From a virus (Duplodnaviria; Caudoviricetes), in the IMG/VR virus record IMGVR_UViG_3300039037_000048, positions 1 to 60,069 of that record: 60,069 nt of DNA. One strand, given 5' to 3'. Under the pieces are notes generated by a model. It did no database searches and was not told the origin of the DNA. It saw only the letters and a list, made by a program, of their open reading frames with translations. Of this stretch, positions 18,964 to 26,927 are shown one piece after another; positions within the stretch are counted from its first letter, which is position 1, and each line of letters starts with the position of its first letter. The translations under genes and the position numbers were made by a program.

Positions 18964-19860
18964 TCATTCTTCAGCGAGTTTCTGAAAGTAGGAGAGGGCA
19001 TCGTCGTCGTCGGTCTCATTGGTAGAGACACTAGGTGCGGACGGGGTGATGTCAGGAGCGTTGAACCCACCAGTGGTAGGGATCGGATCCTCATCTTCCT
19101 CTTGCTGTGCCTGTTGGACAGGGCGAGAGGTGCCGAGCACAGCACCCATGCGGCTCTCGATCTCATCATAGGATTTGAATTGATCGGCAGCAGTGAATGC
19201 TTCCAGACTGTGTGCTTGCTTCCAGAGTTGTTCCATCTCGTCATCGTCTGCACTCAATGCAGTAGGTGCAGCGAACTCGGAAGCATCGTAGTTCCAGTAA
19301 CCAGCAACGGTGCGGATCTTCAGTTTGAAGTTAGCACCTTCCCACAGATCAAAAGGATTGACAGGGGTCTCATCATCGAACTCGGGTTGCATTGCAGCAA
19401 GGATCTTGTCATGGATCTTCTTGCCGTACTTGTACAGGAACACTTTGCCTTCGTTCTCTGGGTTAGCAGAGTCACGAACAACATAGATGTTGCTGTAGTA
19501 GGAGAGTTTACGCTTGCGTTGGCGGGCGACCTCCTTGTCGCTTTCGACACCGCTGTTCCACAGTTTGTTGTTTGCGGCACAGACAGGGCACTGCTCACCT
19601 TTAGTGGTGGGGCAGTTGTCGATCAACCAACCACCAGGACCTTGGAAGGCGTGGTTGTAGAGCTTTGCCCAGGGGAGAGACTCGTTCTCGGGAGCTGGCA
19701 GGAAACGGATGACTGCGTAACCGTTGCCAGAAGCGTCAAGTGCGGGCTTCCAGAGTCGTTCGTCGCCGCTGCTGTTTGCATTGGTGGACTTCTGAAGTTC
19801 CTTCTGAAGGAAATCAAAGTTGCTCTGGGACTTGCGCTTAAGTTCTGCGAAATTAGACAT
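18964..19860 (-). CDS. g32: Single-stranded DNA-binding protein gp32
   Basis: DERLWKP..DASGNGYAVIRFLP, CPTTKGEQCPVC, acidic tail LSYFQKLAEE. Confidence 0.97.
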   Translation of the reverse strand: MSNFAELKRKSQSNFDFLQKELQKSTNANSSGDERLWKPALDASGNGYAVIRFLPAPENESLPWAKLYNHAFQGPGGWLIDNCPTTKGEQCPVCAANNKLWNSGVESDKEVARQRKRKLSYYSNIYVVRDSANPENEGKVFLYKYGKKIHDKILAAMQPEFDDETPVNPFDLWEGANFKLKIRTVAGYWNYDASEFAAPTALSADDDEMEQLWKQAHSLEAFTAADQFKSYDEIESRMGAVLGTSRPVQQAQQEEDEDPIPTTGGFNAPDITPSAPSVSTNETDDDDALSYFQKLAEE

Positions 19861-19909
19861 GGATGTTTTGGATGTTGGATGTGGCTTGTGTGACCCCTGT
19901 CACGAACGA

Positions 19910-19938
19910 ATTATAACACAGGCAGAAGGCAGGGTCAA
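19910..19938 (-). promoter_or_regulatory. sigma70 promoter of g32
   Basis: TTGACC-N17-TATAAT. Confidence 0.8.
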
Positions 19939-20276
19939 GACCCTTCTGCCAGTAGTGTTTCCCTCATGACCTTGATCTTATCGACCAGATCATCGAACAC
20001 TACACCAGCGTCCTCATTTTCGGACGCCCCGAACATGACAGCAGCTTGTTTAATGCTTTCTGCCATGTCAGTTGCCTCGGGATCATCGGACAACTTCAGT
20101 CTAGTATAAAAGACTTTCTGTTTCTCGATCATCTCCTGTAACACATCGAAATATTCTAGCTTTCTCTCGGGAGACAGTGCAGGAAATGTCATCGCTGCCT
20201 TCATGCAATACTCTTGCAGTTTGGCAAGTTCTTGTAGGTCACCTCGGACCATCTCGGATTGAAAGAAATCACTCAT
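19935..20276 (-). CDS. DUF1825-like cyanobacterial/cyanophage protein
   Basis: FFQSEMVR...IEKQKVFYTRLKLSDDPEA. Confidence 0.75.
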   Translation of the reverse strand: MSDFFQSEMVRGDLQELAKLQEYCMKAAMTFPALSPERKLEYFDVLQEMIEKQKVFYTRLKLSDDPEATDMAESIKQAAVMFGASENEDAGVVFDDLVDKIKVMRETLLAEGS

Positions 20277-20518
20277 ACCAATAGTAGTTTTGCTCGACTA
20301 GTTTTCTTAATGTAGTTCAGTTTCTGTGCATCGTACTTAAGTTTTTCCTTAAGTGGTTTGCTAATAAGTTTGGGGACCGATTCGATCTCGATCTCATGGG
20401 TTTCACAGTAAAAAACGATTGCATCAATGTAGTTCATTGAGTTATCAAAGGCAATCTTCTCAACTTCCTGCGAAAATTTCGCAGCGGTCATAAATTTATC
20501 CTCCAGTTTGTCTAGCAT
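20273..20518 (-). CDS. g33: Late transcription coactivator gp33
   Basis: MNYIDAIVFYCE...KLISKPLKEKLKYDA..LN. Confidence 0.88.
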   Translation of the reverse strand: MLDKLEDKFMTAAKFSQEVEKIAFDNSMNYIDAIVFYCETHEIEIESVPKLISKPLKEKLKYDAQKLNYIKKTSRAKLLLV

Positions 20519-21188
20519 ATTTTTCCTGGTATTCTCGGATGTACTCTTGTAACCTAATAAGATATTCTTTTTTAGGAGGCATCACTTTCACTTGAGTGTC
20601 ACCATTTTCACAAGCAACAATCGTGACCAACTTCTTTACCGACAAACCGTATACTTCCTGCAGCATACAAGCGTAGCCACATTCTTGTACAAAATAGTCG
20701 TAAAGATATTGCTCCTTCTTTGGTGCTTCTGCTGTCTTGAAATCAATGATGGCAAGTTCTCCTTCATACTCTGCAATGCAGTCCACTCGTCCTGCAATTT
20801 GTAAATAGTCAGAGTATAATGCTGCCTCTTGTAGGTATACCCTATTTATACGTTCAAGAATTTCACGAGAAGAATGGAACATCGTCCATGGTAGAGGCAT
20901 GTCCTTGTACTTCGTGGTATCAAGTTCGTTGTTGATGAAGTCCTCAACTAGTTTATGATACCGTGTGCCTCTACCTGCTGCACGAGTAGTCTTCGCTTGC
21001 GCTTTATCTTTACCTACCCGTGCTCTCCACTTGGCAAGACCTGCTTGCTTCTTTGCATTGTTACTAATCACTGTGGTGATAGAAGGATACTTCCCACCTG
21101 TAGGAGTGACATAGTATCTCTTCCCATCAATCATCTCTGCGTTCATTTCAATAGGCGAGATGTCACCCACATGATTAAAGATATGCAT
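20496..21188 (-). CDS. PD-(D/E)XK exonuclease (Cas4/RecB-like)
   Basis: YPSITTV...GT.YH...AGRVDCIAEY.G.LAIIDFKT...QECGY. Confidence 0.85.
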   Translation of the reverse strand: MHIFNHVGDISPIEMNAEMIDGKRYYVTPTGGKYPSITTVISNNAKKQAGLAKWRARVGKDKAQAKTTRAAGRGTRYHKLVEDFINNELDTTKYKDMPLPWTMFHSSREILERINRVYLQEAALYSDYLQIAGRVDCIAEYEGELAIIDFKTAEAPKKEQYLYDYFVQECGYACMLQEVYGLSVKKLVTIVACENGDTQVKVMPPKKEYLIRLQEYIREYQEKYARQTGG

Positions 21189-21940
21189 TAAAGACCCAGG
21201 TTAATTTTGCTAATGAGATAAGATTTGACTAGACCAGAACGAACGATGTCCTCAATGTTGTATTCAACTAGAGAGAACTCACTCATGTCCTGCAAGATAC
21301 GTTGGAAGTCAACGATACCTGTGCGTTCATTACTCTTCTGCAAGTCAGACTGACGAGCGTCACCACAGAACATGATCTTTGTGTCCTGACCACAGCGTGT
21401 CATGATTGAATCAAGTTCGTGGAAGTTTAAATTCTGACACTCATCGATAATTACAATAGCATTATCAAGTGTGGTGCCACGCAAGAAAGATGTAGACCAG
21501 AATGATACAGTTTCCTGTGCCTTCAGATTTTCATACAGCATCTCAAAGCTGTTGTCATCAGGCATCTCGAACATGTATTTCACCATGTTTTTGTAAGGAA
21601 TCTGATACAGAGATGCTTTATCCTCATGGGTTCCTGGTAGAAACCCGATCTCCCTCGTTGCGACCAGGGATCTAACGATATAAACTTTATCATATGGACT
21701 GTTCTCATCTAGTACATCGCGCAATGCAAGGTACAATGCAACAAATGTTTTACCTGTACCAGCACACCCATAAGCATAGATGTTTTGCCCCTTACCATAC
21801 TCTTCAAACATAACCCGTTGGTTATCTGTGAGAGGTTCGATAGGGAGGAGGTAGGAAGAATTAATTGGTTTCTTCCTTTTCATTTGTTTTGTAGACATAC
21901 CATTAATGTCAGGTTGATTACGCTTTCTTGCTCTAGGCAT
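21188..21940 (-). CDS. phoH: PhoH-like ATPase
   Basis: GCAGTGKT, IGFLPG, FLRGTTLDNA.VIIDECQN, GDARQSDL, IVRSGLVK. Confidence 0.95.
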   Translation of the reverse strand: MPRARKRNQPDINGMSTKQMKRKKPINSSYLLPIEPLTDNQRVMFEEYGKGQNIYAYGCAGTGKTFVALYLALRDVLDENSPYDKVYIVRSLVATREIGFLPGTHEDKASLYQIPYKNMVKYMFEMPDDNSFEMLYENLKAQETVSFWSTSFLRGTTLDNAIVIIDECQNLNFHELDSIMTRCGQDTKIMFCGDARQSDLQKSNERTGIVDFQRILQDMSEFSLVEYNIEDIVRSGLVKSYLISKINLGL

Positions 21941-21943
21941 ATT

Positions 21944-22183
21944 TTACCACTCAATAGTTGAACCAGGGACTTTAGATGCACGAGTCATGATGTCGTTCCA
22001 TCCAGGATGAGTCTTGCTCATCTTATTTTTCCAGTGACCAGCTTCACCGACACCAGCGACACCTGCTTGCCAATCTTTATCCCACTCGGGGTTGGCTTCC
22101 TTCCATTCACAATACTCTTTCATTGTCATGGAGAGTTCTTTCTTCTCCCCAGTCTCCTTATGAATTACTGGATACGTCGGCAT
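21944..22183 (-). CDS. FmdB-like small protein
   Basis: MPTYPVIHKETGE...KVPGS; typical neighbour of phoH. Confidence 0.7.
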   Translation of the reverse strand: MPTYPVIHKETGEKKELSMTMKEYCEWKEANPEWDKDWQAGVAGVGEAGHWKNKMSKTHPGWNDIMTRASKVPGSTIEW

Positions 22184-22388
22184 CTTCTTTCTCCTTTTTA
22201 TTGAATCCAAATGGTCCTGTAAGTTTCTCTTCTAGTGCCACCTTCAAAGCAACCCCACCGATTGCTTCCATAACTTTGAGAACATCTTCTGCTCTCGCAT
22301 CTGAACCAAGTTCAGTGGCAACGTAACGATACTTCGGCCAGAAGTTTTCGCCTGCCTTTTCATAATCTTCAAGTGTAAGTAGTTTCAT
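22158..22388 (-). CDS. Hypothetical protein
   Basis: ORF coupled to thyX and the downstream gene. Confidence 0.65.
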   Translation of the reverse strand: MKLLTLEDYEKAGENFWPKYRYVATELGSDARAEDVLKVMEAIGGVALKVALEEKLTGPFGFNKKEKEDADVSSNS

Positions 22389-23029
22389 AACCATCCAAGT
22401 GCTTCAGATACTGTAGGGAATTGTTCGATAAAGATTTTACGTGCGCCTTCTGCAATGTCCATGTGTTCTTTCTGTGTACCATGTGCCGAGCGAAGATCAA
22501 TGTAATGGATCCATGACCTACATGATCCTGTCATGTAGATTTTTGTGGGCACGGCGAGTGGGAGTACAAAACGAGCACACTCCTTTGCGATTGACGCATC
22601 GAGCATCTCTTTGTAGAGTTTCATACCAGCGGCAAAGTGCTGTTGCATTTTGATCTGGAACTCTTGCTTGGTGAAAGGATCAATGTCATCGATAGAGTTC
22701 TGTCGATTCTTTGTATCCTGACGACGCAATTCAGGTAGTGGGATTGTGTCACCTAGCAGAGATGAATCTGCATAGCGTTGGGAAAACTCTTGATATGTGA
22801 ACGAACGGTGACGCAGCACTTGAGCTGCCACACCGCGTGTTGTATTTATCTCAAGCGTCATGTATGCCTGCTCGAAGACAGACCAGTGCTGATGCTGTAC
22901 GCAATACTTAAGGAGTCCCGCTACCTTCGGGTTCTCCTGGTTCGCTGGATTGCTCACCCTCGCTACGTACCCCATCGTCTTCTCCGCTTCTGGAGTTACG
23001 CTTACGAGATTCACTGATGTCATACCCAA
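22385..23029 (-). CDS. thyX: Flavin-dependent thymidylate synthase
   Basis: HWSVFEQ, RHRSFTYQEFSQRY ThyX motif, ECARFVLP. Confidence 0.95.
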   Translation of the reverse strand: MGMTSVNLVSVTPEAEKTMGYVARVSNPANQENPKVAGLLKYCVQHQHWSVFEQAYMTLEINTTRGVAAQVLRHRSFTYQEFSQRYADSSLLGDTIPLPELRRQDTKNRQNSIDDIDPFTKQEFQIKMQQHFAAGMKLYKEMLDASIAKECARFVLPLAVPTKIYMTGSCRSWIHYIDLRSAHGTQKEHMDIAEGARKIFIEQFPTVSEALGWL

Positions 23030-23180
23030 ATCCTTTCTGTTTTTGTGCGTTTTTAATTAGTGCTTCTTCAAGCATTGCATCATATAAATCACTGACTCCC
23101 GAATTGATTTCTTCAGGAGTCATTGTGTTGATGTTTTTCATCGCTTTCTTTAGTCGCCTGACTTTTGATAGCTTCCTCAT
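22908..23180 (-). CDS. Hypothetical protein; C-terminus overlaps thyX
   Basis: ORF occupying the gap before thyX. Confidence 0.55.
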   Translation of the reverse strand: MRKLSKVRRLKKAMKNINTMTPEEINSGVSDLYDAMLEEALIKNAQKQKGFGYDISESRKRNSRSGEDDGVRSEGEQSSEPGEPEGSGTP

Positions 23181-23197
23181 ATTATATCATAGATTAG

Positions 23198-23359
23198 TTA
23201 GTCTGCATAGCCATCATCGTCGTCATCATACCTAGCGTAGGCAGCTGACACGTCTGGTTGTCTGGTGTATGCTTCGGGGTCTGAATAGATCTCTGCTTCC
23301 AGGGCGTTAAGCAAAGATTTAAGATTCTTGTGGATTAGTTTGAGTCTTTCTCTGTCCAT
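23198..23359 (-). CDS. 53-aa hypothetical protein (MDRERLKLIHKNLKSLL...DDDDDGYAD)
   Basis: Hand-translated; strong SD GGAGG upstream. Confidence 0.7.
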   Translation of the reverse strand: MDRERLKLIHKNLKSLLNALEAEIYSDPEAYTRQPDVSAAYARYDDDDDGYAD

Positions 23360-23387
23360 AAAACCTCCCTTTAATTATATAGTAGCA

Positions 23388-23414
23388 TAAAAAAAGGGGG
23401 TTTGCAACCCCCCC
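23388..23414 (-). terminator. Rho-independent terminator
   Basis: GGGGG-TTGCAAA-CCCCC followed by a T run. Confidence 0.7.
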
Positions 23415-23418
23415 AGTC

Positions 23419-23592
23419 TTACATAAGAATACGTCTGCAGATTCTCTTACATTCTGTTTGATTGAGCGCGTCACATTCAATCAGGCATTCGTAGTAGTCA
23501 TCTAGTTTCTGGTTCTCTATTGCTAGATCATCCATTGTTTCTTCTAGATGTCTCCACTCATCCAACTGACTGCGTGACAGTAGTGTATGCAT
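23419..23592 (-). CDS. Small Cys-rich protein (YYECLIEC...C...C)
   Basis: SD GGAGG before the ATG at 23592; four C-terminal Cys. Confidence 0.7.
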   Translation of the reverse strand: MHTLLSRSQLDEWRHLEETMDDLAIENQKLDDYYECLIECDALNQTECKRICRRILM

Positions 23593-23684
23593 TTCCACCT
23601 CCAAGTCGATTGTACACATAATGTAGAGAGGGGGTTTGGTTCATGTCACACCTCCATGTAATGCTGTACTATATAGAGAATTTG

Positions 23685-23698
23685 GTAGCAGATTTTAC
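23685..23698. promoter_or_regulatory. Putative NtcA box
   Basis: GTA-GCAGATTT-TAC (GTA-N8-TAC) in intergenic DNA. Confidence 0.45.
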
Positions 23699-23766
23699 TA
23701 TAATCGATGTGTTAGCACAAAAAAAGAGAGGTAACTTGACCTCCCTTCACACAAACGTATTGAGTT

Positions 23767-23925
23767 TTATTGCTTCACGTTCCAGCTGGACTTGCCTCGC
23801 GATTTTAGATAAACCATCTTGGCATATGATACACCACGATAAGTCAAAAATCTAAAGACTTTATCTGGATCGTGTTTGGCAGGGTCATAGTCTGGAAGAT
23901 CATATTCAAGTCTGATCTTCAGCAT
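23767..23925 (-). CDS. 52-aa DUF4278-like protein (LTYRGVSY)
   Basis: Hand-translated; YRG motif; SD GGAG. Confidence 0.65.
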   Translation of the reverse strand: MLKIRLEYDLPDYDPAKHDPDKVFRFLTYRGVSYAKMVYLKSRGKSSWNVKQ

Positions 23926-23933
23926 CTCTCCCC

Positions 23934-24029
23934 CTACAGTTTTTGCAGGAGTAGGATCTCACCGTAAAGTAATGCGATGAATGCTGCACAACCTAGGGAT
24001 GTTACTCCAACTAATTGTAGTGCTTGCAT
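23934..24029 (-). CDS. 31-aa single-TM peptide (MQALQLVGVTSLGCAAFIALLYGEILLLQKL)
   Basis: Hand-translated; fits exactly between the two YRG genes. Confidence 0.55.
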   Translation of the reverse strand: MQALQLVGVTSLGCAAFIALLYGEILLLQKL

Positions 24030-24034
24030 GACGA

Positions 24035-24202
24035 TCACTTAACGTAGGTGCGACCACGATAGCAGAATGTACCATGAGCTTCTTTGCTTTCTACGCAACG
24101 CTGATCATACTCGACACCACGATATGCGGTAGCGGTGATCTGTGCATCGTGCAGTGCAGCTGCCTTCTGGATCTGCTTCTTGATGAGAGTGAGGGTGTTC
24201 AT
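24035..24202 (-). CDS. DUF4278-like protein (candidate glutamine synthetase inactivating-factor homolog)
   Basis: Two YRG motifs (AYRGVEY, CYRGRTY); SD AGGAG; directly downstream of glnA-type aptamer. Confidence 0.75.
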   Translation of the reverse strand: MNTLTLIKKQIQKAAALHDAQITATAYRGVEYDQRCVESKEAHGTFCYRGRTYVK

Positions 24203-24242
24203 TGTAGGTCTCCTAAAAGAATGGGATTGTCGCCCCGTTCCT

Positions 24243-24410
24243 TCAGTCGTTTGCGCCCCAAACATCGAAACACTCTGGTACATAGTCCTTAACGGTATCT
24301 ACCAGTTCTATTCTAACCTCTGACTCCAGGTGCTTTTGCTTTTGGATCCGAAGGATTAAAGCATCGGCATCTGGACATGCCATCGATGAATACAAAAGTA
24401 ATTCAAACAT
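24243..24410 (-). CDS. 55-aa protein with two Cys, embedded in the inner aptamer
   Basis: Hand-translated MFELLLYSSMACPDADALILRIQ...VPECFDVWGAND. Confidence 0.65.
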   Translation of the reverse strand: MFELLLYSSMACPDADALILRIQKQKHLESEVRIELVDTVKDYVPECFDVWGAND

Positions 24411-24445
24411 GGGGTGAACGCTCCGTTCCGCGACTTACTTGCGTC

Positions 24446-24646
24446 CTATGTATACAACCCGTCGCATTGACCTTCCACCTTTGTCTTGAGATATCCAATA
24501 ATATTCATCTTCGATCGAAGATCAAGATGAGGATCTAATTGAATCTCCACTCGACGTTGGAGGAACCTTTCACACGACATGTGCCACCCGTAGGGGTTGC
24601 CGTCATCATGATGGGCAAGGGTCAATGCCAGCAGGATGCTGAACAT
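24446..24646 (-). CDS. 66-aa protein with hydrophobic N-terminus and two Cys, embedded in the outer aptamer
   Basis: ORF track; resembles 24243-24410. Confidence 0.65.
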   Translation of the reverse strand: MFSILLALTLAHHDDGNPYGWHMSCERFLQRRVEIQLDPHLDLRSKMNIIGYLKTKVEGQCDGLYT

Positions 24647-24664
24647 AAGATGAACGATTGCTAT

Positions 24665-24711
24665 AGTATAGCATTACTATATATCTTATGTCAACTGTAA
24701 CATCCGCTACA
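24665..24711 (-). promoter_or_regulatory. sigma70 promoter with adjacent NtcA box
   Basis: TGTA-N8-TACA (24696-24711) next to TTGACA-N18-TATACT. Confidence 0.65.
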
Positions 24712-24715
24712 TTTA

Positions 24716-24979
24716 TTATTTCTTCTCTTTTGGTGCGTTAGGATCCACCCACAGCTTGGGATTTGCTCTGCCTTCAGTCTGTACCATTGTAACAAAGTCT
24801 TTACGATACATGTCCCAGTAGTGATCGAAGATGTCTACTCTCTTACTGGCAGTCACGATATCAAACTTGGTCATACCATCTTGCAAATACTCTACCATGT
24901 ATGCAGTGTATGGTAGAGAACGATCTTGACAAAGTGTGGGGTCACAATCTTTGTGGATGTATTTAATTCCTTTCCCCAT
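24716..24979 (-). CDS. Conserved cyanophage hypothetical protein
   Basis: MGKGIKYIHKDCDP...VDIFDHYWD.Y...QTEGRANPKLW. Confidence 0.7.
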   Translation of the reverse strand: MGKGIKYIHKDCDPTLCQDRSLPYTAYMVEYLQDGMTKFDIVTASKRVDIFDHYWDMYRKDFVTMVQTEGRANPKLWVDPNAPKEKK

Positions 24980-25413
24980 CAGGCGCGACTCCCCCACTGA
25001 ATTTGGGGGAACGCTTGTTCCACACATGCCTTGGTGATCTTCCAACGCTTACCAAGTTTCTTGTCTTTGATCAGAACCAGAACCTCTGCTTCTCCTTCAG
25101 TCAAACCCTCTAGCATTTGGATGAACAGTTCCTCTCGCTTGGACTGCTTAAGGGTGCTGCTACCGCCCTTGAAGAAGAGATAGAGCTTGCGGTACTCTTT
25201 CTCCAGAACTGTGTGCTCCGTCCCTTCAGGGGCATCGTTGGGGGTGTAGGGGACCTCTCCTGGTGGCAACAGACTGACGATGCTCTCGTCAAAGTTTGCA
25301 ATCAGAATCGAGCGAAGTGCATTGGTGTTGTACTCCTTCAGAAGTTTGACCTTCTCTGGTTTTGTCTTCGCGTTGCTCACTTTCTGGAGCACTTCATTGA
25401 TTAACAATTTCAT
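24979..25413 (-). CDS. Conserved T4-like phage hypothetical protein
   Basis: LPPGEVPY...KREELFIQMLEGL...EAEVL; usual neighbour of rnh. Confidence 0.75.
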   Translation of the reverse strand: MKLLINEVLQKVSNAKTKPEKVKLLKEYNTNALRSILIANFDESIVSLLPPGEVPYTPNDAPEGTEHTVLEKEYRKLYLFFKGGSSTLKQSKREELFIQMLEGLTEGEAEVLVLIKDKKLGKRWKITKACVEQAFPQIQWGSRA

Positions 25414-26273
25414 TTATCAAAGGGTGATGAACTACGAAAAAAGAATTCCTGCAACAAATCATTCAGTTGATGTTCCTTGAAGTATTCCAAGGGAACTTTC
25501 TTTCCACTGATATTTATGGAGTTGTATTCATCGAGAATTTTTTCCTCGATCTCTTCTGGAACATAATCAAAGTCAATCAAGTTTTGATTGCGATGATAGT
25601 TTGCCAGTTGCTGTGTGCTAGTACAGAACTCTGCTGGGTCCTGGTTGATCCACTTGGCAACTTTCTTTTGACTGATAGGTTTCTGTCGTACACCAACAAC
25701 AAACGTATCATCATCAGATAGAAAGTTAGGGATACCATCTGACTTGTCCCCACGCATCACATGCTCCTTGATATATTGCCAAGGATCATCATGAGACACA
25801 GGTCTCTTTGTGATTGGATTGTACTGCCTTACTCCTGGGTATTTCTGCAATTGAATGAAATCCTTATCCCCAGATAAAATAAGAATCCTGTCCTTCGGTC
25901 CCTTGTTCTTGCACAATGTAGAGATTACATCATCTGCTTCGGCACCGTGGACTTCTACTACCTTGTAAGGAAAGTATTCTCGAATCTCATCTCTAATTTT
26001 GTTTAGGACTTCAAAGATTGCTGTCCAGTTGTGAGATGATTCTGCTCTTGCTTTCTTTCTACTTGCTTTATAGAAAGGAAAGATGTCCTTACGCCAGTAG
26101 TGTCTGCTATCGTATGCTAAAACAACTTCACCATAGTCTTCGGCGTATTGTTTCTCGTATGAACGGAGACTGGTGAGCACCATATGTCTCACCAGTTTCT
26201 CATTCAATTCACTTTGTTTGATCTGTGCCATCAGGTTACTAATCATAACCTGATTCATATCAATAATAACCAT
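25410..26273 (-). CDS. rnh: T4-like RNase H (5'-3' exonuclease)
   Basis: YWRK..FPFYKASRK, EADDVI, ILSGDKDFIQL, GDKSDGIPN. Confidence 0.93.
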   Translation of the reverse strand: MVIIDMNQVMISNLMAQIKQSELNEKLVRHMVLTSLRSYEKQYAEDYGEVVLAYDSRHYWRKDIFPFYKASRKKARAESSHNWTAIFEVLNKIRDEIREYFPYKVVEVHGAEADDVISTLCKNKGPKDRILILSGDKDFIQLQKYPGVRQYNPITKRPVSHDDPWQYIKEHVMRGDKSDGIPNFLSDDDTFVVGVRQKPISQKKVAKWINQDPAEFCTSTQQLANYHRNQNLIDFDYVPEEIEEKILDEYNSINISGKKVPLEYFKEHQLNDLLQEFFFRSSSPFDK

Positions 26274-26493
26274 CCTCGTCGGAATCCTCCTCGTCTACGA
26301 AACGTACTGATAAGAGTTCTTCGTTGACGACCATACCTTCATCATCATACATTTCTGGATGTTGTGGAAGATTTGATCGTGTATTCATGTAAGCATAAAG
26401 AAAATCGTTTGCTGTCCATCCGATTAGACCGCCGACAATTCCAAACAGAAACATTAGGATTGTCGAAAAGGTTAGGATTACTGCAGTCGTCAT
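26260..26493 (-). CDS. Small membrane protein (HPEM motif)
   Basis: N-terminal TM helix; HPEMYDDEG...ELLSVRF. Confidence 0.65.
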   Translation of the reverse strand: MTTAVILTFSTILMFLFGIVGGLIGWTANDFLYAYMNTRSNLPQHPEMYDDEGMVVNEELLSVRFVDEEDSDEDGYY

Positions 26494-26506
26494 GGCTCTT
26501 CTCCTG

Positions 26507-26677
26507 TTAGGTAGTGCTCTCCTCCCTCCAGGTAAATTCAATCTTAAATTGAAATACTTTTTTTAGGAGAGCTAAACTGTGATTGATCTTGATTCCCCGC
26601 TCACTCGGCGGCGGGGGTGCTTTCGCCCTCCTACGAAGCATTAACTCCACACCTTTATTTATCTGGAGATCATCCAT
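26507..26677 (-). CDS. Hypothetical protein
   Basis: INKGVELMLRRR motif; operon-coupled. Confidence 0.6.
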   Translation of the reverse strand: MDDLQINKGVELMLRRRAKAPPPPSERGIKINHSLALLKKVFQFKIEFTWREESTT

Positions 26678-26927
26678 TTTTCTTACGAGGGATAACAACA
26701 CCATGATCTAGTAGATACTTTGCTGTTTGGGCAAGACCTCCAACTGGTTCACCATCTATAATAACATACGGATACCCTTTTGCCAAGGGGTACTGCTTGA
26801 TCATGGTGTCCCTCGGGATGTCCTGCCCAACCACATAAGAACTGTACTCTAGGTTAGCACGTTTCATTAGGATCTTTACCTTGTCACAGTAAGTGCAACC
26901 AGGAATAGTATAGATGTCGATTTTCAT
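26670..26927 (-). CDS. nrdC: Glutaredoxin
   Basis: CTYC active site; YPYVIIDGEPVGG. Confidence 0.85.
   Translation of the reverse strand: MKIDIYTIPGCTYCDKVKILMKRANLEYSSYVVGQDIPRDTMIKQYPLAKGYPYVIIDGEPVGGLAQTAKYLLDHGVVIPRKKNG

Larger units (their letters stand above)
24233..24658 (-). ncRNA. Double glnA-type glutamine-riboswitch-like RNA with ORFs in the P2 loops
   Basis: AUCGUUCA..P2..CGCAAGUA-AGUCG...CGACU-GAAGGAACG core, plus an inner GAACG-GAG-CGUUCA..CGCAAA unit. Confidence 0.7.

Noticed and set aside
19102-19893. 263-aa ORF antisense to g32, and similar antisense ORFs over g26, g5, uvsX and g43
   Set aside because: Antisense shadows expected from codon bias.
20496-21188. Cas4-like nuclease as evidence of a CRISPR system
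   Set aside because: No repeat-spacer array or other cas genes were seen; this is a standard T4-like exonuclease.
23419-23592. Possible CP12
   Set aside because: It lacks the CP12 C-terminal C...P...EC..Y(D/E)D pattern; no cp12 is recognisable near talC either.
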